Source of the DNA: Trichinella spiralis
Lineage: Eukaryota
Assembly: GCF_000181795.1 (NCBI RefSeq)
Contig: NW_003526943.1
Coordinates: 5,387,806-5,451,805, forward strand
Reading direction: 5' to 3'
Length of the DNA: 64,000 nucleotides
The translations under genes and the position numbers were made by a program. Each line of letters opens with the position of its first letter. Within the stretch, counting starts at the first letter, position 1. This document shows positions 54,201 to 64,000 of this stretch, piece after piece. Below the pieces are notes generated by a model. It saw only the letters and a program-made list of their open reading frames with translations, had not been told where the DNA came from and did no database searches.

Positions 54201-56238
54201 GTCACCACTAAGCAGTCAGTCAGAGTGCTCAAATCAAATCCCTGGTAAAGCGTTTGCAATAGTTTCAACCCTTATTTAAATATTGCTGCAATATTACTGT
54301 AAGTCAGCATACTGTAGTGGTCAGGATTTTGAAATTGCATAAATGAAATTAAAAAATATTTAAAAATTAAAAAAATCAAGTCATTTAAGTAGATTAGTAA
54401 TACAAATAAATTTTAGGAATTTAAAATACGAGATAACTTATGAATAATTTTCATAATTCAATAAGGTTAATGTTTTCTCTTAATGTTAGGTGGCATAATA
54501 TCAGCTCTAACTCCCACAAATTACATAAGCTATTTCGATTTTATTTAATCAGATAGAAGAAATGTCGATTCTTTTGTGCCTTTATGCTTACACGCACTTC
54601 TGCGTATGCATTGGCATGATGCCAAATAAATAAGACGAATAAATAATTAAAAGACTAATGGAATAAACATTAGGAGAAATGGATAACATGAAATGAAACT
54701 GTTTATATCTTAAATGTAAACTACTATGTGAAAAGGCGGTGGTGGAATAATAGATTTGGTTTATTTGAATATGCATGAAGAACACGTAAGAAAATAATAT
54801 TACTGTGATTCTTTAAATGATGCATATTAAGTCATAATCAATCCACTACCCATTCTCTCTACCATGATTAACCTTATAAAATGCCAATATGGACATTCAG
54901 TATTATCAGTATGATGTATAATCCAAAATTGTTTAATAATTCAAAAACAATGAACTTTATTTTTTGTGTAGTTTGAACTTAAATGCATAAATTATTAACC
55001 ATCCTTAAATGTATTCATTATAAAATTTCACAAACAGGTCATTTGCATGAAGTTGAAAACAAGCTGAACATGCTTTTCTCGATAAATGACAGTTTATGGT
55101 TTAGTTTGTTTTTTCTATTACTTGCACTTCATGCATTTCACTATAGACGCCACTAGGTTTAAACTTTAATTTCGATCTTTTATCATGTAAATTACAGATT
55201 CACTACATGACCATTTAAGATAAAATTTGGTTGGCCACGTCTCTTTGGTATTATCAAGTTTCACTGCCTTGTATGAATAACTACATATAAGTTTATTTCA
55301 GTTTAACTGCAAAGTTACTTCACTTTTGATTTGTTAAATTTATGTATGTTATTCACTTATAATATCTAATTATCAATAAAATCACCTCGGTATAAAATTT
55401 TATATAGTAGTAAAATGCAAAATATTTTAGTTAAGTTCAGCATTAGAATCCATTTCAAATAAAAAAATGAAATACCTTGATGTTAGTTGTATTTTATTTT
55501 TGATAACAAGAGCGACAATAGTTCACAAATAAATTTTTCAGAAGGTAATTTTAATATTACTAACTTGCATGTTGCATTTTTTACAGTACCTCATGAAACT
55601 TGATTCTCATTGTTTTCCAGTTGTAGAAAAGTGATACTTCGCTTCTTTCTTGTTATGGGATTGGTAACCATAATTTCTTTAAGTGATTTTTATACTATGA
55701 TTTTATACTTGCAACTGTACTGTTTGTAATCGTTCAGATACATTTTTCGTCTCTTCAGCATTTCTTAAGACAATAAATTTATTAATAATATTATTTCGAA
55801 TAATTTTTTCTTTATCATAATTTCTATAAGTTATTTTAATAGCATTTTATAATTTCACACACAATATATTGTTACTTAATTACCTTACCGTATATATTGA
55901 TTAATGACATAATGCATTCTTTGCATGAGATGATTAATTGCTTCGTGCTTGTTTATTAAATATGTTCAAAGTGTATTTTCTCCACGTATCCTGTGGCATG
56001 TTTGACTGTTTATTTACAGCTTCTTATAATATATTGATGTTCTTTATATGATAAACGTATATTATAAATATTTATACAATTGTGATATCGAGATGAGCTG
56101 TCATTTCAAGTATATGCATACACATTTTCAGTGTTTTCTGTATTGTAAAGTCAATATCTGCATTTATAGTATCCAAAATATCTGTTTATAGAATATTAAT
56201 TAATCTGAAACTCAACATTGGTTGAAGAGAGAAAAATT

Positions 56239-59200
56239 ATGAATCCGAATAAAAGATTATGTCCGATGGGATTGTACGTTCCTGAATTGGAAAAAGGTTC
56301 ATGTGGCGTTGGTTTTGTAGCCAGTATAAATGCTGTAAAGTCTCACAAGGTTTGTTTTAATTTAAGAGAGAATTTTGTTTAAGAAATGACCCTTAATAAG
56401 AAAAAAATTAATAAAACCTTAGATCTTATTTAAAAAATATATCTATAGCTGTTTTAACTTATTGAAATCAGAAATACTAAACTTAAACTTATAATCTGTT
56501 TTTTGTGCTAACAAGTATAATAATGGTGTTACAGATATTCAATGAAAAAATTTTAATTAATAAAATAGTCCTAAACTGTATATGCATTATAAAATTGTAC
56601 ATTTTTTGAGTTTACGTGCGTAACTTTTAATGCTTTTCTACAGTTGATAATAAACATGACATTTGTTTTGTGAGACTGAAATGTACAAGTTAACCGTTGT
56701 TTGGTGCTTTGAACTACTCAAATTGTAGATCAATATTGCATTGTGAATAATTATTTTAAAGGTTTCTGCATGACTGGCACAGTGTGGAGAATTTGATTGA
56801 AATTTGTTTATGCACAAGTGTTTGTGTCGTCAGAGTTTTAATAAATAATTATCCGTGTTTATGCAAAAGTACATTTAGAAAAAAAACGATAGAAATGTCA
56901 AATGAAAGGGTAAAAGAAAAGACGCATTTGGTTAGTTGTTGCGTAATCGGAAGGAAAAGAAAATTCAATATTTTCATAAATAATTTTTAAATTTACAAAT
57001 ACATCTATAAAGATAAAAATATAATGGAATTTTAAATATGAGAAATTGTTAATTCTTAAAAAAATATCTAAAAAAACAGATTTTCATTGATCGATTTGTT
57101 ATTTTTGATATATGTTTGCTGTTATGGTAGAAGTTGATTGAAAAAAATGTAAAAATCTATATACTGTGTACATTGAGTTATGATATTTAAAAGATAAACA
57201 AACAGTACCATGTAGATTTTTATATCGAAACCAATCTAATATGTAAAAATAATAATAGATGATTGTTTTATTAAATTTATTAATAAATTGATTATTATTA
57301 TTTTAAAAAGGACGATAAGCAATTTACATGACAAGGTGTAATTTATTTTGTGAAATTGTTGTAGATCTTGAGCGAAGCTAGAACAATGTTGGAACGTATG
57401 CAGCATCGTGGCGCTTGTTCGTGCGATAATGATTCAGGTGATGGAGCAGGAGTGATGACTGGCATTCCTCATCGATTTTTTAAAACCGAACTGCAGTAAA
57501 AAATTTTTTTCAACAGTTTTAACTTTGTCAAATATGAAAATTAAAATATGATGTATTTTTATTTATTAATAGTAAATTGAGAGTGACACTTCCACCCGAA
57601 GGGGAATATGCTACAGGTTTGATATTTTTCGACCGTGAAACTTATAAAAAAGGAAAAGAATTCGTAAACGATATTGCTGCTGGTTGTGGTTTGAAAGTGT
57701 TGTGTTGGCGCAATGTTCCTGTAGATTCGACTGCACTTGGAAAATTGGCCAGACAAACCGAACCATTGATCCGGCAGATTTTTGTAACTTATGAAAATAT
57801 CTCCACTGCGGAATTTCAAAGAAAAGTACAACAATGATTAAATTTAAATACAAAATTTTGAACATTTTTCGATTTAGCTATTTCTCATGCGAAAACAAGC
57901 TTCACATTCCATACCTAGACAAGGCATTTATTGCTACTTGTGCAGTTTATCTTCAGAGACAATTGTCTACAAGGTATCATTTGAATATGTAAATTTCACA
58001 AGGCATAAATTTTGTTACAATTATATATTTCAGGGACAATTTACGGCATTCCAAGTTTGGCTATATTACAAAGATTTGGTCAATCCAGATTTCGAAACAC
58101 ATATTGCCATGGTGCATGCACGCTTTTCAACTAATACAATGCCAAGCTGGGAACGAGCCCAACCTTTTCGGTTAGATTTGCTTTTTTTTAGAATTATTGA
58201 ATGAATAATTTTATTTGATTTTATTAGAAATAATAAATTTATTAAATAAGCATAATTTTTAAGCATATTATCTCACAATGGTGAAGTGAATACACTTCGT
58301 GGAAATATCAATTTGATGAAAGCTCGAGAAGGATTGATGTCCAGTCTACAGTATGGCAGTGATTTGAAAAAATTGTTTCCTGTAATTGAAGATGACAATC
58401 CGTCCGATTCTGCAGTGTTGGATTGCACGGTAGAATTCTTGTTCCGTGCTGGTGAACGATCTCTTCCTGAAGTATTTAAAAATTTTGTTTATTTTGTGTG
58501 TGTGTGTTTCTATATCTCATTGGTGTTTAATTTTTTCAGGTAGCCATGACAGTGATACCGGAAGCATGGGAAAAGGATCAACGGATGAATATTGAAAAGA
58601 AAGCATTCTACAACTGGAGTGCAATGGCCATGGAACCTTGGGATGGACCTGGTATTTTGGTGCAAATTTGTAAATGGTGGTTTTGAGAAAATTAAATTCA
58701 CTCTCATTTTAGCATTGATTGTTTTCTGCGACGGAAGATACATAGGTGCAATTTTGGACAGAAATGGCTTACGGCCAGCTCGCTACGTTATTACTGATGA
58801 AAATATTATTTACATGGCAAGCGAAGTGGGAACTAATGTACTTGCTCCTGAATGTGTTGTCCGAAAGGTATTTATTGATCAATGAATTGCATCATCATTT
58901 TGAAATAATTTCCGTTTTTATTAGGGTCGTTTGAGACCGGGGCGCATGCTTTTAGTCGATACCTTGAAGAAGTGCTTAGCTCGAGATGAAGAATTGAAAC
59001 TTGAAATTGCTCGATTGCGTCCAGTTCGAAAATGGCTGCGTACAGAAGTTATAGATCTTGATCATATTTTGCGTGATTATCAGGTTTGCTTTTTCTTCTT
59101 GTATTTCATTCATTCATTCGTCATCGTTTATCTTTTTAAAAAATGATTCTTGATTTTAGGTGAAACATGGCTTACTTACATACGAATATTTAATCTCTCG

Positions 59201-61937
59201 TGAACTTACACAAATTCCCCAAGAAGGCGAAAGTTTACACGACGATCGTCGTCTAACTTTATTCGCTTACACTCATGATACGTTTGGAATTTTGGTAGTA
59301 CCGATGATCAGAGATAAGTAATAAATTATCATCATTATCATTTCACATAATTGAGTAGTAATTTTCCATTTTTATAATACAGGAAAGAAGCGCTTGGTTC
59401 AATGGGCAATGATACAGCGTTGGCATGTTTGTCTCAGTATGGTCCGTCTCTTTACAGTTATTTTCAGCAAATGTTTGCTCAGGTTACAAATCCACCGATT
59501 GATCCGTTTCGAGAGCAGATTGTCATGTCGCTGGCTTGCCCAATAGGACCCGAAGCGAACATCCTCAGCGCTTCGGCCGAACAATGCAGACGTTTATTTC
59601 TCGAGCAACCCATCCTATCATTAATCGAAATGGAAGTATTGAAAAAGAACAATTACCGTGGTTGGAAAGTGAGGATAATATGTTTTTTTTTTGAAATTAG
59701 TATTAAAACTTAATTTGGAAACCAACATCTCAGCAGCTTTGTTAAAAATTTGATTTGATTTTCAACAATTGAAATTTATATATTGTTAAAATATTGCGAG
59801 TGTATTTAGACTCGAGTAATTGATGCTGTTTATCCAAAACGCCACGGCGTGAGAGGTTTGCTGCCTGCGTTGGATAAAATTTGCGCCGATGCTTGCATCG
59901 CAGCATTGGATGATTATCAATTGATAGTGATATCCGATCGTGCAGCGAATCGTGATTATGTTCCAATAAGGTAAAATTGTTCTTTTTTTTCTATCCAAAT
60001 CAATATTTAATTGCCTTTTTGAATTTCTTCTAATAGTACATTGTTGGCCGTGGGAGCTGTGCATCAGTATTTGATTCGAGAAAAGTTGCGCATGAAAATT
60101 GGACTTATTGTAGAATCAGGCGAAGCACGGTACAGTATTGATGTTGTTCAAGGGAAATTGTGTTGAAAATTTGTTTTCTTTTCCAGTGAAATTCATCATT
60201 TTTGTGTACTTCTTGGGTTCGGTGCCGACGCTATATGCCCGTATCTCGTCTACGAGACGCTTTATCGTCTACGTCGAATGGGTCTTTTGACACCACCGTT
60301 CACTGACGAGCAGATTTATATGAATTTTCGCGACGCTTGTTACAGGGGAATTTGCAAAGTTATGGCCAAAATGGGCATCTCAACATTGCACAGTTACAAA
60401 GTATAGAATGGTTGGATTTTGTGACTTGTGGTCTATTTAAATTTTGATCTGTTCAAATATGCAAATGATTTGTTCTTTGTTTTGCTTTTGATTGTGCTAG
60501 GGAGCGCAGATTTTCGAAGCGGTCGGTCTTGGGCAGGATGTTGTGGAAAAGTGCTTCACCAATACAGTGTCACGTTTGGGTGGAGTGAATTTTGAAATTC
60601 TGGCCGAAGAGATGCTGAAGCGTCACTTCTACGCCTACACGCATCGCGAAGGCGACAACGTCGCTTTGGTCAGCGAGGGGGTCTATTATTGGCGTGAAGG
60701 TGGCGAGAAGCATTTGAACGAGCCGGTCGGCATAGCCAAGCTGCAAGCAGCCGCTAGACGCAACGATTGGGAAAGCTATATGCAATTTTCCAAATCTTCA
60801 GATGCGGCCAATCGCCACTGCACTATCCGCGGTCAGTTGGAATTGAAATATGCGCCGAAGCCGATTCCAATTGATTCTGTCGAAGAAGCGAAATTTATCG
60901 TCAGACGTTTTGCCACAGGTAATGGGAAAAAAGTTTATTAAATTTTAAAAGCGGAATTATTTATTTAATTATTCATTTTTAGGTGCTATGAGTTTTGGTA
61001 GCATTTCTTACGAAACGCACACAACCTTGGCTCTGGCGATGAATCGTATCGGAGCGAAATCCAACACTGGCGAAGGGGGTGAAAATCCTGAACGTTATTT
61101 AGAGAAAGATTCAAGCAACAGTGCTCGTTCAAAAATTAAACAAGTTTGTTATCAAATTTCGAACATTTATATCAATTTTATGCATATAAATTATTTGTAT
61201 CTTTGTTTGAAATTCTAGGTTGCTTCTGGTCGATTTGGTGTCACGAGTGCTTATTTGGCAAATGCTGATGAATTGCAGATCAAATTGGCTCAAGGGGCAA
61301 AACCTGGCGAAGGTGGCGAACTGCCCGGCTATAAGGTAATTTTCACCTCGACCCCATTCATTTGTGAAAAAGAAAATTCAAGTTGGAATAAACAATTTTC
61401 CGTATAATTCCATCTTTTTCTTTCAAGGTAACGAAAGAAATTGCAGCAACTAGGAAATCTACCCCTGGTGTTGGTTTGATTAGTCCACCACCGCATCATG
61501 ATATTTATTCTATAGAAGATTTGGCGCAGGTATTTTTCTATATTGTGTAAATTTATTTGACATCTCATTGAAGGGTTTTGTACTTTTAAGCTAATTTACG
61601 ATTTGAAATGCGCAAATCCTATAGCCAGGATAAGTGTGAAATTAGTTTCAGAAGCAGGAGTTGGAATAATTGCAGCTGGTGTTGTGAAGGTAATTTATTG
61701 TGCTGAAAATTTTTGATTTACTTATTATTTTGGTTGATCTGTTGCATGTTTGCAGTGCAAAGCTGAACACATCACGATATCAGGGCATGATGGTGGCACT
61801 GGTGCGAGCAGTTGGACAGGCATTAAACATTCCGGAGTGCCATGGGAGTTGGGTTTGACTGAAACTCACCAAGTTTTGGTTATGAACAATTTACGTTCAA
61901 GAGTAACGCTCCAAGTAGATGGTCAGCTGAGAACAGG

Positions 61938-61978
<41 letters not shown>

Positions 61979-64000
61979 ATGTGATTTATAATTTTTCAAT
62001 TAATATGGTTTGCAATTCTCTCAGGTCGTGATATTGTAATTGGTGCTTTGCTTGGCGCCGATGAGTTTGGCATGTCTACAGCTCCACTAATTGCCCTCGG
62101 CTGTACAATGATGAGAAAATGTCATTTGAATACATGTCCAGTTGGCATTGCGACGCAGGATCCAATTTTGAGGGCCAAATTCGAAGGGAAACCTGAACAC
62201 GTGATCAATTACATGTTTCTGCTCGCCGAAGAGGTGCGGCAGATTTTGAGCCATTTGGGTTTGCGGTCCCTCAGCGAAGCTATAGGCCGCACTGATTTGC
62301 TTTATCCTCGGCCGGACTTCAAGAACAAAAAAGCACGTCTGTTGGAATTTGGCCCTATTTTGCAAAATGTTTCTCACCAGTACCCGCATGTCGATACTCG
62401 AGCTTCTGTTGTAAAGCAAGAATTTGATTTAAGTTCACGCTTGGTATGTTTATTTTATATTTATATTTTATTTTATTCAATTTTATTTGCTTTTTTGTTC
62501 AGGACAATAAAATCATCGAAGCTGCCAGCAATGTTTTGAATGGAGAAAAAACAACCTTGAATCTCTCGTATAAAATTAGCAACATTGATCGAGCTTTCGG
62601 TGTTACGCTCAGCTATCACATTTCACGGTAAGTTGCCTTTTTTCTCTTTTTCTGAGGATTTTTAAATAAATTTCATTATCACATTTAATGTGTGTATACT
62701 ATTTGATTTGATTTCCATTTTAGCAGTTTTGGTGAACAAGGTCTGCCTGGTAATATTCATCTGAAATTAACTGGCTCTGCTGGTCAAAGTTTTTGCGCAT
62801 TTCTGGCCAAGGGCTTGTTGGTCGAATTGGAAGGTGATTCTAATGATTACGTTGGAAAGGTAGAGTGTGGTTTTTTCTTTGAATAATTTAATGTTTGTTT
62901 AATGAATATTACTTTTACAACTTTCTCGATGCATTGCCTAGTGCGCAGTGTCTGCCATTTGTATTTTGTAATGATTCATTTTCATAATTGTATGCGATTG
63001 TGAAATTTCAGGGCCTTTCTGGTGGTGAAATTATAATTTACCCGCCTCGAAATTGTCACGAATCATTCAAATCTGAAGAAAATATTATTGTCGGAAATGC
63101 TGTATTATACGGCGCCACATCCGGGCGAGCGTTCATACGTGGCATCACCGCCGAACGTTTTTGTGTTCGAAATTCTGGCGCGACAGCTGTTGTTGAGGTT
63201 TGTTATAAATTTATTATAATGTTTTTTGAATTATTTCCACGATAATGGAATTGGTTTTTGCAGGGCGTTGGCGATCACGGTTGTGAATACATGACTGCAG
63301 GTATTGTGGTGATTTTGGGCCCAGTAGGGCGAAACTTTGCGGCAGGCATGTCTGGCGGAGTTGCATTTGTTTACGACAAGTGAGACTGTGGAAATTTTAA
63401 ATTTCTCATCATTTATTATTTGCATTAATTTTTATTTATTTTATTGAAATTTCAGATCGCACAGCTTTCTGAACAAGTGCAACGTCGGCAGTGTTGATCT
63501 GGATCCTGTTCAAACTGAAGAAGACGCGAAAACGTTGAAAGCATTGATTGTTGAATTTCACGAAAAAACTGGCAGCAGAGTTGCAGAAAAGATAATCACA
63601 AAATGGTCCAAATCTGTCAAGCGTTTTGTCAAAGTGAAATTTTTGCCATTCACTTGAATTTCTTTTTTTTTTGGTTTTATTATGATCAGTATTTTTTGTT
63701 CAGGTATTCCCGAAGGAATTCAAACGCGTGCTTGAAGAAGCTGCGGCTGTGAAAAAAGAAGAAAATTACCAAGTCGATGGACAGTCCGATTACAAAGAAG
63801 ATATTCTTCAAGAACTACCATCCAGTACAATGCTGCAAGTCAGTGTTTTTCTATTCAAGACAATTTAATGCTTATCGTTATTTTTTAAATTTTCTAAATA
63901 AGATCAAATTAGTATGTACACAGTGGAATTTTTTGCATATACTGATAGTATTAGCATTCTTCTCTTTGTAGGTTATGCGTGAAGTGTCCAGTCAGAGAAC
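56239..64000 (+). CDS. Glutamate synthase (eukaryotic NADH-GOGAT type), 5' portion; continues beyond the window
   Basis: [97 protein letters not shown], 3Fe-4S motif [28 protein letters not shown]. Confidence 0.97.
61938..61979. repeat. (TA)n(TG)n microsatellite at the 5' end of a glutamate synthase intron
   Basis: tatatatatatatatatgtgtgtgtgtgtgtgtgtgtgtgta directly visible after the GT donor. Confidence 0.9.

Noticed and set aside
51700..56200. 4.5-kb interval between TIAR and glutamate synthase with short ORFs and mildly GC-richer patches (52700-53200, 54060-54260)
   Set aside because: No coherent splice model, protein motif, TIR or RNA family recognised by eye. A repeat or ncRNA cannot be excluded without a search.

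Overview
AT-rich eukaryotic genomic scaffold with four N-gaps and many short GT-AG introns. Gene content and style suggest an invertebrate, most plausibly a basal nematode such as Trichinella (inference only). Spliced genes reconstructed by hand: NudE/NDEL1 (split in two out-of-order pieces), even-skipped/vab-7 homeobox, first exon of COQ7/clk-1, TMEM94, MMS19, CstF-77, ARP4/BAF53, an unnamed 2-TM PY-motif protein, oligoribonuclease REXO2, NOP56, a PAP2 lipid phosphatase, FAHD1, TIA-1/TIAR and a glutamate synthase that runs off the window end. Repeats: a pogo/Tigger-type MITE in a REXO2 intron, a tRNA-like SINE candidate, a 33-bp minisatellite, and degraded Tc1-like and Harbinger-like relics. 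No prokaryotic features or CRISPR. The most notable observations are two operon-like junctions (TMEM94-COQ7 and PAP2-FAHD1), a candidate RRM1-less TIAR isoform plus candidate poison exons, CpG-type decay of the MITE TIRs, and a probable local mis-assembly. I found no convincing wholly new biological system. Exon coordinates were read manually and may be off by a few bases.
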